A DNA stretch of 64,000 bases from Lama glama (Eukaryota), in assembly GCA_028534125.1 (NCBI GenBank), contig CM052818.1, positions 1,428,001-1,492,000 of the forward strand, read 5' to 3'. This document shows, piece after piece, positions 51,630 to 64,000 of the stretch. Every line of letters begins with the position of its first letter. Position 1 is the first letter of the stretch. Made by a program: the position numbers and the translations under genes. The notes beneath the pieces were generated by a model. The model did no database searches and was not told the DNA's origin. It saw only the letters and a program-made list of their open reading frames with translations.

Positions 51630-52650
51630 ATGTAATTATAATTTGGGAGGAATAGTTTTAGACTACAGAAAAGTTTCAAAGGTAATAGTTCTCGCATGCC
51701 CCTCACCCAGTTACCCCCATTATATGTACAAATGTAGGTGTAAGATGTTAACAGTTAACAAAACTAAGAAACCAGCACTGACACATCACTATTAAGGAAA
51801 CTCTAGAGTTCATTTGTATTTCACCAGTTTTTCCATTAATGTCCTCTTTCTGTTCCTGGATCCAGTTCAGGGTAGCACGTTGTTTAGTTGCTCTGTCTCC
51901 CCATTTTCCTCCAATCTTTGATAATTTCCTCACGTTTTCCTTAGTTTTCATCATCTTGGTAGTCTTGACTAGGTATCCTGCAGCATGTCCCTCAATCTGG
52001 GTTTGTCTAATATTTTTCTTATGATTAGACTGGGGTTGTAGGTTTGTGGGAAAAACACCATGTAAGTCAACTGCCCTTTTTATCTCATCATATCAGGGAA
52101 TGTGTGATAGCCACATGACCTCACTGGTGATGTGACCCTTCATCACTTGGGTGAGGTGATGTTTGCCAGATTTCTTCACTGAAGAGTTTCTGTTTTTCCC
52201 TTTCCTTCCTCTCTTCTTTTGAAATGAGTCACTAGTGTGGCTCACCCTTCAGGTGGTGGGGTGGGGAGGAGCAGATTATTAAGGTTTATCTCCTGGAAGG
52301 AGTATCTATATAAATTATCTGGAATTCTTCTGTAAGGAAGATTTGTCTCACTCCATTCCTGCCCACCCCCACTCCCCCGCCTCTACACCATCATTAATTT
52401 GTTGGTTCAATCCTTTATTTATATCAGGGTGGACACATATATATTTTATACTTTGGATTTTAATTTAATACTATATTATTTATGTTCAAATCATTCTAGT
52501 TTAGGCCATTGTGAGTTCTTTAAGGCCACTTTTTATTGTCCCTTTGATATCCTCCCATTTAAAAATTTTTTTAGCAGTTTCTTACCTTTTAATACCACAA
52601 GATGCTCCAATCTCATCTTTTATGTTTCCTGTCTTGGTCCTAGAATCATC
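51630..52650 (-). mobile_element. L1MC4/5-like 3' UTR
   Basis: 'ttttagactacagaaaagtttcaaa', 'ttttccattaatgtcctctttctgttcctggatcca', 'atgattagactggggtt'. Confidence 0.85.
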
Positions 52651-54660
52651 TATTTTATTTATTTCTGCTCTGCTCTTTATGGTTTCTTTTCTTTTACTAA
52701 CTTTGGGTTTTGCTCATTCTTCTTTTTCTAGGTCCTTTAGTTGTAAGTTTAGGTTGTGTATTTGAGATTTTTCTTGTTTCCTGAGATAAGCTTGTATTGC
52801 TATAAACCCCTCTTACAACTCCTTTTACTGTGTCCTACTGATTTTGGATCATTGTGTCTTCTTTTTCATTTGTCTCAAAGAATCTTTTGGTTTCCTCTTT
52901 GATTTTTGCAGTGATCTCTTGGTTGCATAGTAGCAGACTGTTTAGCCTCCACATGCTTGTGTTTTTTGCAGTTTTTTTCTTCCAGCAGTCTTCCAGCCGG
53001 TTGATCTTTTCCTTTGTATCATTTAGTCTACTTTTGATTCCTTCTAGTGTATTTTTCATTTCAGTTATTGTGTTCTTCACATCTGTTGGTTGTTCTTTAT
53101 ATTCTTCTACTCTTTATATAAAACTTCTATCTTCTCACTCTGCGCATCCATTCTTCTCCTAGCTCTTTGTTCATCTTTTCAATCGTTAGTCTGAATTCTT
53201 TCTCAGGTAGATTGCCTATCTCCACTTCACTTAGTTCTTCTTATGGGGTTTTATCTTGTTCCTTCTTTTGGAACATGTTCCTCTGTTGCCTCTTTTTACC
53301 TAACTTTCTGTTTTTTATTTCTATGTACCTGGTAGGTTGGTTATGTTTCCCGACCACGGAGATGTGGCTTTTTGTAGGAGACATCCTGTGTGTACGGTCA
53401 GCACACTTACCACTGGTCACCAGAGTTCTGTGTGGGCTGTGTGGGTCCTTCTGTTGTGTTGGGCTGACTACCGTGGGTGGCATGGTAGGCTTAGTTGCCC
53501 CCTAGTCTGGTTGGTTGCCAGGCCCTGCCTTGCATGGAGGCTGCTGGCTGCTTGTTGGCAGGACTGGGTCACAAGGCAGCTGGCTGCAGAATCCTGGGGG
53601 AACCTGGGCTCCCTGGTGGGCGGAGCTGGCATCCAGGAATTCCGAGGGGCTGGTGCTTGCCCACCGGTGGGTGAATCCAGGTGTTGGGGCTAGTGGTGCC
53701 CCACTGGCAGGCCAAATTGAGTACTGGCTTCTGGCTGTAGGGCCCTGGGATTCTAGAGCTGTGTCAGACCACTGGTGGGTGGCGCTGGTTCTGACACAGC
53801 TTGCTGTAGGGTTCGGAGTGTCCTGAATCTTGTGTTGGTCTGGGATCTCAGGCTGCGGGGCTGCAGCTGTCCTGTGCCTGGTGTTCTCTTGCTGGAGGAG
53901 GAGGGTGGTTCTGACGCTGGGGCTGGCTTGCTGGTGGACAGGGCAGGGGATTCTGGGGTTGGTGCTTCCCCACTGGTGGGCAGAGCTGGGTCCTGTGATC
54001 TTGGCTGTAGGGCCCTGTGGGGGCTGGGTCCTGGGCCCTCTGGTGGGCAGTGGCAGCTGTGGGCTCAGAGGGGTCTTAAGGTGGTCTCTCTGCTGGTGGG
54101 TGGAGCTGTGTCCCCCACTCAGTTAGTACTGTTGGTTGGGTGCGGGGCTGAGCTCTGAGGCTAATAAGATATAGGGAGGATTCCAGAATGGCGCTTGCCA
54201 GCACCTGTATCCACATGGTAGAATGAGCTCCCCAAAATGACTGTTGCCAGTGTCTTTTTTTCCCCCAAGATGAGCTCCAGTTGTCTCCTCCGTCTCCAGG
54301 GCGCTCTTCGAGATCAGCAGGTAGGTCTGGTCCAGGCTCCTTTGGAATCACTGCTTCTGCCTCGGGTCCTGGAGCACATGAGATTTTGTGTGCACGCTGT
54401 GAAAGTGGAGTCTCTTTCCCCCAGCCTCTCGGGCTCCTGAAAGTAAGTCTCGCTGGACTTCAAAGCCAAATGCTCTGGGGACTTGTCTTCCTGGTGCAGG
54501 CTCCTGAGCTGGGGGCCCTGAGGTGAGCCTCAGACCTGTCACTCCTTGGGAGCATCTCTACAATTTTAATTTTCTCCCGATTGTGAGTTGCCTGCCCCGG
54601 AGTATCAGACTTGATTATACTGTGATTCCACCCCTCCTGCCCATCTCCTTGTTCCTTCTT
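52650..54660 (-). mobile_element. L1 with 5' UTR and ORF1 start fused to an ORF2 piece by internal deletion
   Basis: ORF 53241-53483 ends in KRQQRNMFQKKEQDKTP (ORF1 start). ORF 52835-53080 joins ORF1 coiled-coil to ORF2 sequence. GC-rich UTR at 53330-54660. Confidence 0.9.
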
Positions 54661-54759
54661 CGCTTTTTCTTGTTTTTTGTTTGCTGTACCTTTCCTTTAT
54701 TCATTTCTTCCTCTTTTCTTACCTTCTTTTTGATCCATTCAGAATTTCCTAGAAATCTA

Positions 54760-56540
54760 TTTCATCTTCTCAATGGCTTTTTGGCCATAGTCTCAGTTTT
54801 TTCACTATTTACCCATTTTTTACTGGTAACTCTATAATTATAATATGTGTACTTCACTTGTCATAAATGAGCCCATAAATGAGCTAACAATTTATATACT
54901 TCATACAGATGTAGTTCTGCTTACCTCCACTCTCTTTTTTTGTGATATTGTTATATTGTGTTTTATTCCTACATATTTTATAAATCTGTTAATATATTAT
55001 CGTTGTATTTCTTTTCATCAGTAAATAACCTTTTAAATAAACTTTATAGCAGGTCTTTTATATTTATCCCCTTATTTGAAGTGCTTGGTGCTCTTTTTTT
55101 TCCTTCCTTCATAGCTAGGCTTCCACTGAGGTTCATTTTTCTTCAGCCTGAAGCACTTACATTAATATTTATTATAGTGCAGGTCTACAGGCAACAATTT
55201 ATATCGGCTTTTACTTGTCTAAGTATGTGTTTCTTTCACCTTAAGTTTAAATATTTCAACTTATATATTTTCACTAGATATAAAATTCTAGGTCAATTTA
55301 GTTTTTTTTTTAAATCACTTTAATCATAATTATTTCATTGTCTTCTGCTTCCATTGTTTCAGGTGAGAATTCAGTTGCGCTGTAATTATCTTTCCTTTGA
55401 ATACACTGTGTGTTGTTTTTCTAGGTGCTCTGCGTATGCTTTTTATTGTTGGGTTTGTGCAGTGTGTAGGTGAAGGTTCATGGGTATGTGGCATGTCAGT
55501 TTTCATCCTTTTTGGTGTTCACTGAGCTTCTTGGCTCTTAGGTTTGAATCCTTTTATTAATTTTGAGAAATTTGTATATAGTATCTCTTCAAATATTTTT
55601 TCCTGCTTTGTATTTTGTCTCTTCTCTATCTGGGAATCCAGTTTTACATCTACTATGCTGTTAGATACTAATTTGTTTGTTTGATTTGACTAATTTCTTC
55701 TCATTCATTCAGTCTGCTTTTAAGAATAGCCAATACATTCTGATTTCAGTTATTGCATTTTTCAACACTAGAATTCCTGTTTGATCTTTTTAAGACTTTT
55801 CATTTCTCTGCTGAAAGTATCTACTTTTTTCTCTCATTTCTTCCAGTGTTCTAAATTCTTTGCATACTTAATGTTACTAATTTTAAAGTTTTTGTTTGCT
55901 GATTTGGACAATTATCTGTGGGTCTTTTTATATTACTTTTAGTTCTGTTGATTGTGATTCACTTCTTCGGTTTTTATTCCATGTCTCATAATTTTTGATT
56001 CTGTGTTTTTCCAACGGGACTCTGGGATATAAGCACTGTGGAGTTCTAGATTCCCCTGTGGTTTCCAACACCGTCCCTGTCTTCCCTCTTGCTTACTGAG
56101 TTATGTGAGTAACGGTGAGTAGAAGTGGGATGTGAGGTGGTAACTGGAAAGCGAGGATACCTAGCTTTGTGTTGGGGAATCTCTAGGTTCCAGTCCCTCA
56201 CACCAGCCTAAGTGTTAATATTAAAAATGTAAGCGGTTTCTCCTTGTTCTGGCAGTGTTCTCTATCTGTGGTAGCCTTGTTCCTCTTTTCACCCGTGACA
56301 CAGACTGACAGCTATCCCTAGTGAGGATAGCCAGTGCCATTCTCTTGACCTTCAGAATGGTTTGTCTCTTTCTGATATTTTGTTCATTTAGATTTTTTTT
56401 TAACTCACATCTCACTTGTGCTTTTAAAGAAAAAATATATATATTCATTTTTTGGTATGTATTTTTCTGGTTGTTATTGGTGTGGTGAAAGCAGTGGTCT
56501 TTTGCGGCCTTATATAACATCACTAGAATTGAAACTCCCT
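54760..56540 (-). mobile_element. Old L1/HAL1-like 5'/ORF1 region
   Basis: 'ttttcactagatataaaattctagg', 'tttcattgtcttctgcttccattgtttc', 'atttctctgctgaaa'. Confidence 0.65.
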
Positions 56541-57659
56541 TTTCTTCTTTGGATTTAATTTTTTAAAATTTCTTTCAGCTTTCACATTAATTGCAAAAGC
56601 ATTTAGAGTGGAGGGAAAGTTGCTTCAGATCTCATGGCTACTGTGTGTGTGTCATGTGTGTGTGTGTATACAGTAAGATAAGAAATTATAAAGAGTCTTT
56701 GGTTCAGTAATGCTTTTGTGCATATGTGAATGTTTTGGGGAGGAGAGGTGAGGTTGGGTTTAGCAGGAAGAATTAAACCATTACTCTAAGGAACACATAG
56801 ATCTTATGCAATGATTTCTAATGAATGAAAATTCATTACTCAGTGAAATTACTCAGTGATGTCTAAGATCAAGGACTTTTTTACTCCTTACAAGGGCTTT
56901 CTGAAATTTTAATTATCTTTAGTATCTGGAAGTCTTGAAACTTTATTGTTTGTCCCTTGTTCTCTGCTTTTTATATCTGTATTTATTTAAAATCTTCTTC
57001 ATAATGGTACTGAGTAACTTATTAGGTTCTTAAGGGATTTAAAAGTTCATTTAAGCTTTGAGTCATTGTGTACTAAATAATGCTCTACTCTGAGATTCAT
57101 GAAACTCACGGAAAAAATTCAGGGAGAAAAGTTTTAGATTCTTACATGTTTTGTTCTGTTTTTATTTATTTAGCACTGTGCATTCAGATCTAAATAGCAT
57201 TGTGTAGTCCATTTAAACTTGGTATCTTTGATGATGGCCTTTCATATTTCATCAATTTATGTAAAACTATTATTTCTTCAAATAATATCCCATTTGTTTT
57301 GGCTCATTTCTGGTAATTTCCTTAATGTCTTTTGTTCACTTTGAATTGGAATCTTTTTCTTTCCATATAGCGATAATTTCATACCTAGTCTTTTCATTCC
57401 ATCATCCAAACACTTAGGAAAATTTTAGTTCTAGGCTTTTGACCATCCACTAGAAAATGTTACTGTAGCTCTATCTGTTGTCTCTGAAAGTTGGGTAAGT
57501 GCTGGATGTGACCTCTCAGTTCGTAGGCCAGCTGTCTAACAGGATTGTAACCGTATTTTCTTAGATTGCCACACTGAATACAGTCAAATATTTGGTTTAT
57601 CATATGTTAGCCCTTTTAATTTATAAAAACCATATATACTTCTCTCTTCACAAATGGAC

Positions 57660-58037
57660 AGTTTTTTTCAGCTTTACTGAGGTATAAATGATAAAAAGAA
57701 TTATAATATAATTAGAGTGTATGGTGTGATGATTTGATATGCATATACAATGTGGAAGGATTCCTTCCATTGCGTTAATAAACACATTCATAAGCTCACA
57801 TATTTGCTTTTTTTCAATGAGACATTTAAATTGTACTCTCTTAGCAGTTCCAGTGAGACAGTGCAGTGTTATCAACTGTAACCACCATATTATAAATTAG
57901 ATCCTCAGATCTTATTCATCTTATAACTTGAGTTTGGACCCTTTTAAGAACCTCCATCCCTTATCCTCCACTTTTCTACTCTCTGTTTCTATGAGTATGA
58001 TTTTTTTTTGTTTCTTGAATACACATATAAGTGATAT
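57660..58037 (-). mobile_element. L1MA-like 3' UTR
   Basis: 'cagctttactgaggtataa', 'tactctcttagca', 'ctactctctgtttctatgagt', 'cacatataagtgatatca'. Confidence 0.88.
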
Positions 58038-59138
58038 CAATACATGGGCATTTAATTGACTTAGTATGTTTCAAGAATCTTAGAAAAGTTAATTTATATA
58101 TAAATTTTTCTGAACTTAGAAAAATTCATCGTGTTATTAATTGCCTAATTATCATTTAAACCTCATTCAAAAGGAAGACTGATTTTTATTTTCTATATAT
58201 GGACCAGGGAGTGATTGACTATCTGGACTCTAGGGTATAGCATACATTTTTCAAACATTTACCTAAAGACTAGATGAGTGTTTTAAAGTATTTGTGAAAA
58301 TGTTGTTATGTTTTGAGAGAAAGTTTCTAAAATGTAGATGATTTTTAAAAAAATGGGTGGGTACCATTATCTTCAATAAGTTATGAAACACAAGACTGTC
58401 CTAATTAGTTAGGGAAGTAACTTGAAATTTAGAATTAGGTTTAGTTCAAATCTAGCTATATTTGGAAAATAGCTCTTTTATTTTGTAGCTTGTGTTTACT
58501 CTTTCCTCAGTGCTGTTGTAAGAATAGCACTATGTTGAAAAGGTTATAAGAAAATAATTTCACTGAAATAAGCTTCTCATTTTGTTGTGGTATATGCATT
58601 AATCAAGAGGGTGAATTTGTGAAGTTTGACACTTGGAATATTTCTTAGGATAAATCTGGGTAATGTTAGGTTGAAAGAATGTGAATGTACTATATTTATA
58701 TTTTTAGGAAGTGATTATCTTCTAAACTTTATGTTATAAAATCATCACTAATATCTGATTTATTATGGAAAGAGGATGGGTGGAAGGTTTTACTAATACA
58801 GAATAGATTTTTAATGTTTAGTCTGTAGGCCTGTTCAATAGTGTGTGCATATGTTTATTTATGGCATACAAATGGCACACATACTATATATATATAGTTA
58901 TATATAAATCCCTTTATCTTAATAGGACATTGAATTTAACTAAGCTTGGTAAATGACCTGATTGGACCCTTGAAAGGTTTCATTTAGAGTTGAAAGCATG
59001 TAGAATATTTTATTTGAAATTTATGTACATTAAAAGTGAGAGTAATTACTATTGGCCTACCTAGAAAATAAAATTGTATCAATGTATAATAACTGAATCT
59101 GAAAAATGTTTAGTTCTTTTTCTGATTCATTCCACTGA

Positions 59139-59157
59139 TGGCCTGTAGAGGGCATTA
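59139..59157 (+). promoter_or_regulatory. Candidate CTCF motif
   Basis: tggcctgtagagggcatta compared with the CTCF consensus TGGCCACCAGGGGGCGCTA. Motif match only. Confidence 0.4.
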
Positions 59158-60061
59158 CATGTATAGTAAATGTAGTTTTGTATTTTCAGTTTCTGTCTGA
59201 AACCATTGTACAAGGTGAATATGTTCTGCGTTATTATTCACATATTATTCTATAAATGTCATAAGTACCAAGATTATTATATTTAGTGATATTGGGTTGA
59301 GGTAAAAGATAGTTATGAAACTATAAAATAATTCAATTGCTATCGATTTTTTTTTTGCTATCGATTTTTAATTACAATAATGTTTTTCATTAACTGTGAT
59401 TTCATCTTTTCTGAGGGCTAAATGAAATAAAGTAGGCTTAAAGAGATTTTGAGAATATATAAATAAAGCTTCCTAAGAGTTGTTTGCCTGGAATGGATTA
59501 GTTAATGAATCAGGCTTTTAACATAATTTTTCCTAAAATGCCACCTAAGTGATCCTTCCCACTGCACCACAACAACAAAAAGAATAAAGTTTTTTTCTTA
59601 CTGCAGATACTTGTGCACTTAAAATGCAAAGTAAACAGTTTAGTTGTTCTTACCTTTGAGACAAGTTAATATGATATAGTAAGAACTAGTAAAAACTTAA
59701 AAAATACTGTTTCTCTGGGCTAGGGAAACAATGATATAATCAAAGTAAGACTGGGAAGAGACTTTTACGTAGGACTGCAAGTTGCGAAGCTTTCCCCACC
59801 TTCTCTTCACAGTATAATCTGCTTAAGTGACATGCCTTCCTATCCTGGGGTTTCAGTGTTCCTCTCTGTGAGTATCTTATTCTTATAGGTAATGTTGTGC
59901 TTTTAGATTTTATGAGCTTCTTAAGTGCATTCAGAGATGCTTGTATTTTTGTACACATTCCACTACCGCTGAATAATTAAATAATAGGGCTACCACTATT
60001 TTTTATGGTGTCAGTAATTAGGCAACTGTGTAAATGAATGGTCTTTACAGAATGGAAGACC

Positions 60062-60130
60062 TTTATTTTATTTTATTTTATTTTATTTTATTTTATTTTA
60101 TTTTATTTTATTTTATTTTATTTTATTTTA
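60062..60130 (+). repeat. (TTTTA)n pentanucleotide microsatellite
   Basis: About 13-14 perfect units. Confidence 0.97.
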
Positions 60131-61819
60131 TTATTTTTTGCCTAGGTTGTTTTAATGATTTCTTTCACTCTTTGACATAACATATTCCAGACTCAGGATT
60201 AAATCATTTTAATATAAGATAGTCTGATGTGATCAGTAAGAGAGTTCAATTGTTATGCACATGAGAGTGAACTGTAATGACGAAAGGTACAGCCATTATT
60301 GTTAGTTTTGCCTTCAGACGCTTGTTGTGCCACTCTCTGGGATTTGTAACGTATGGTCACTTAACGGACCTTTGAAAACTTTAGATTCCTCTTCTCTAAA
60401 GGGAGAATAACAAAAGTATGCCTGGTGCATAGAAAGCATCCATAAACATTTATTATTATTATTATAGTATTCCTTTTTGTAATTATTTTGTTAAGACGAA
60501 AATGGTAGGATTTTTCTCATCTTAAGGGTAAAGTAAAAATTTGAAAGTATTTTTGAAGAACCTGAAACCAGAGTTTACTCACAGTTTTTTTTTTTTTTTA
60601 GTGAGTTTAAGACTATGAATAACAGTAACTCTCATGGGGAATTTGCCAGGCATCTATGAGATTTATTTCAATAACACTGACTTTGGATTTTGTATTATAC
60701 TTCTTCCTAAGGTGGTTAGAGTCAGTAAATCATTTGGAGACTCTAGAAAATCAGGATGACAGAAACTTCCATCAGCACCAAGTGACCAGGCACTAATAAA
60801 TCAAAGATTTTTTTTTTTTTCTGGCACAGTTAATAATTGTTCAGAAACTATCTCAGTGGGACATAGAAATGAAAAAATATTTTAACAGATCAAGAATTCA
60901 CTCTTGATTTAAAAAAAAGGTCTAGGACCATAAGGGGAAAAATGTGGTGGGTGGGGGAAGTCCTTGAAAAGTTGTTAACTTGGATAAGGGAAATACCAGT
61001 ATCTCTGTGGTCTTTCAGGAACAAAAAACATCTTTTGCAGAGGGCCTTGTGTTTGAGCCAAGATATAAAGTGACCCTCATGGCTGGCTGGCTCAAGCTCA
61101 GGTTTTCCTAGGGAGAGTCAGTCAGCATTGCTTCAGGGCTTGACAGTGGGCAGCAGATCACTTATCAGTGGGAAGCGAGGAAATGATGGTTGAAGCAGGG
61201 AATGACTGTTATTTCTCACCAGCAGATAGGTACACATCACTTGCTGAAATGATTCAGCAGTTTCAAAGTTGAGAGCTGTGAGACTTTGTGAGTTACACAT
61301 GGGAAACACAGGACCCAGGAGGGGCAGCTCTGTTGGAATACTTTTGGGATTGCTCTGTTCCCTTCTGCTTTGTATCACAGACTGATGCACAGTTGTAGGC
61401 TTTTTCTCCTTTTTCCTAACCTTACGCCTAAGTTTCTTTGACTATTTATAACAGAGTATTCTAGACAGCAGCAGGTAAAAATTTTCAGGTGCTGGGGGCC
61501 AGGGGAGGGGTGGGAGGGAAAGAAAGGTGCTTCATCTGTCCCATCCATGTTTAAGGTACTTCCATCTTTCAAAACTGACATTATTCTGTTCCACCCTCAC
61601 TTCCTGGAAAAAAACAGGCCTCTTGTCTGGATCTTTTCGTTTTAATGATTTCCATGAAAATGCTTTTACCCAGGCTCTGACATGACTGTCAGAACACACA
61701 TTTAAATGCGAGACTGCTTTTAAGGCTATTATATACCCTGGTGGAAAAAGGAAGTGCTTAAAAAAAAAAAAAAGAAAACCAAAAACCCCATCTCTCTATA
61801 CACATAGTTAACCATGACT

Positions 61820-61960
61820 ATTTATTTTCTCTTTTTCTTTCTTTCTTTCTTTCCCTTTCTTTGTTTCTTTTCCTTCCTTCCTCCCTTCCTCTTTTCTTTC
61901 TTCCTTCTCCTCTTTTGTTTGTTTCTTTGTTTTATTTTGGTTTTTTGTTTTGTTTTGTTT
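61820..61960 (+). repeat. T/C-rich low-complexity tract
   Basis: Mosaic of (TTTC)n, (TTCC)n and (TTTTG)n. Confidence 0.9.
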
Positions 61961-62989
61961 AAGTCCCAGTTTAAAGTCACATCCTTGGTCTCACAACATT
62001 TGTGTGTCACCATTTCCTAGAAGCTGTCACTTTTTTTTTTAATACACTGATGTGTCTGATTAATTTAATCCAGATTCAAGGATATTGAGTGGGGAGGAGG
62101 AATGCTTCATTTTGATCTAAGGCTGCTGTTTAGTCTCAACAGACTGTTCCCATTGAATCTGGGGCTGTTTCTGTTTGTATGTCTTAGATATGTTAGCAGA
62201 AGTCAGTCAGTAATTTGTGTGCTGAAAAGATGCTCTATACAACAGAAACTGTATGTAGTATTTATAATAAAAAACACACTGGGCATGAATTTACTAAGAG
62301 TTAGTGAGAGTTAAAGTTCCTATCAGATGACTGTACTATACAAGCAGTCTTTTAGAGCAAATGAGTTGTGAAGTAACAAACCGATATTTGGTAAGATTTT
62401 AATTAATTGATAGGCACGAGAACATGGTTTGTCTGTTCTCCTGTTCGTGCGAGAATGTTCTATTAACTGTTAACCAGTATGTTCATTGCTGCTCTCTCTC
62501 CCTCACATTGAAGGATGATGGCTTTATTGAACAAGTAAGATTTAGGCAGTAAAATCCATAACAAGAAAAAAATTACTGCTACTGAGAATTTATTCCTGGA
62601 AAAAGTAATATAATTATCCAGATTGTATCCATTATAATCATGCTACCTGAACTCACCTAGACATTTATGGCTACTTACAAATACTTATAATTATCTCATA
62701 AGTCCTGATTACTTTTCGTGGAGTGACTGCCTCAACTTTTTCTAATGTTACTCAATCCTACTTTACCTCTGTCTTGTTTTTCAGCAGATGATCTTTTACC
62801 TAGAAAAGGAGGATCATTACAGGTGGAGGTTTAAAAGAGAGCTAGGGCATTTAGAATAACTTTCTCAAATTTCTTTTTTTTCTATTTCAGATTTCCTCTG
62901 GCTTATCACCCTCCCCTTCCTATTTCAGAGAAAGAAGTCCTTGGCTTCCCTAATGAGGCTAATAGCTACAAACTTTCTGATATTGCTCC

Positions 62990-63095
62990 TTTTTAAAAAA
63001 AATAAAAAATTTTTTTAACGGAGGCACTGGAGCTTGAACCCAGGACCTGGTGCGTGCTAACCATGTGCTCTACCACTGAGCTGTACCCACCTCCC
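62990..63095 (-). mobile_element. Short vic-1-like SINE (tRNA head and tail) within L2 remnants
   Basis: 'ggaggcactggagcttgaacccaggacctggtgcgtgctaaccatgtgctctaccactgagctgtaccc'. Confidence 0.85.
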
Positions 63096-64000
63096 TTCCT
63101 TCTTCCTAATTTTTCTAAAATATTTCAATAGTAATTTCCTCTTTCCCTTACATTTTCGGTCCCTTAGTTGGTCTTTTCCCTCCTGCCCACAAATGTAGTC
63201 TTGTACTTTATAATAATAATTAAAGAATAAAAAAAATTCTTCTAGCCTTGCTTCCCTCTTGAATGAAATTTTAGCTTTATGGTTCTTTTTAATGTTTTAG
63301 CAGTGATACTTTTTCAGTTCAGTATTTACTGAGGCCTATCTACTGTGTGTTCAAAACAAAGATAAACCAGTTGTGGCCTCTGTCTTCTAAGAGTTTCTGT
63401 ATGTCTCAGTCTAGTGAAGAAGCGTAGGTCTAGTTATAATATTCAGTGGCAGATGCTTTAATGGAGACATATGCTCTGTGCCGTGGGACCCTACCCTGCC
63501 ATTCACAGTGTGCCTTCAAGCTGGCTTTCCACTTTTGACAACAACCGTATTGTTGAATATTTGATAACTCTCCCAAGAAAGGAGAAAGAAATTAATCTCC
63601 TTATATTATATCCCTTTTCTTATTCATCACTTTTATTCTAATCTTTTTCCTTTTGGAGGATATGAGTTCTGGTTATAATTATAATTAAATTGTTCTTTTT
63701 ATGTAATATGAAGTTTTAAAATATGTTACAATTTTTATGTAATAAAAAGCTTCTCCTAACTATAGCAGTCAATATTGTCTTATCATCATGTGATACATAA
63801 TTCAGAGCTAATTCAGTTTTGAAAGAATTGGTGTTTCTACTCATTTTTTCATAGCCAACTTCCCCAATCACAAGTACTTTATTTTGAATCAAGATTAGTT
63901 GCATTTCTAACTTCAAGTAGCATTTTCAACAGGATTTATAAAATGTCATTTTCCCCCAAGGATTTTAAAAAATATATGAATATGTCTCTCTGATATATGC

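Noticed and set aside
53330..54660. GC-rich region with many overlapping ORFs as a host promoter or gene (also 38500-39400)
   Set aside because: The two regions are homologous L1 5' UTRs adjoining ORF1 starts, and the ORFs reflect stop-codon scarcity in GC-rich DNA.
62412..62450. Imperfect inverted repeat gcacgagaaca...tgttcgtgc
   Set aside because: The stem is too short and bulged to support a structured RNA call.
1..64000. CRISPR array, operon or other prokaryotic or viral system
   Set aside because: No repeat-spacer periodicity, no long ORFs, and the repeat content is entirely mammalian.

Overview
This is mammalian non-coding DNA, most likely camelid (alpaca, llama or camel), judged from five copies of a tRNA-Ala-derived SINE resembling vic-1. 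I found no recognisable host protein-coding exon, RNA gene or CRISPR array. The + strand looks T-rich by eye and most L1 fragments are antisense, which suggests the interior of a very long intron of a gene transcribed on +; I cannot identify the gene. A large part of the window is transposable-element debris: L1 of several ages, L2, L3/CR1, MIR, Tigger1, MER2-like, MER58B, MER112-like and an MLT1 LTR, plus microsatellites and a 100-N gap. The only ORFs with recognisable homology are decayed Tigger1 transposase and L1 ORF1/ORF2. The most notable observations are atypical retrotransposition products with readable target-site duplications (TSDs): a 5'-end-only L1 insertion, a probable tiny 3' transduction, a poly(A)-only insertion, a 3'-truncated L1 with a palindromic junction and foreign tail, and an in-frame ORF1/ORF2 deletion fusion. 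There are also nested insertions and a few repeat-free, motif-rich islands. I see no evidence for a new biological system. Repeat family names come from remembered consensus sequences, and boundaries without TSDs are approximate.
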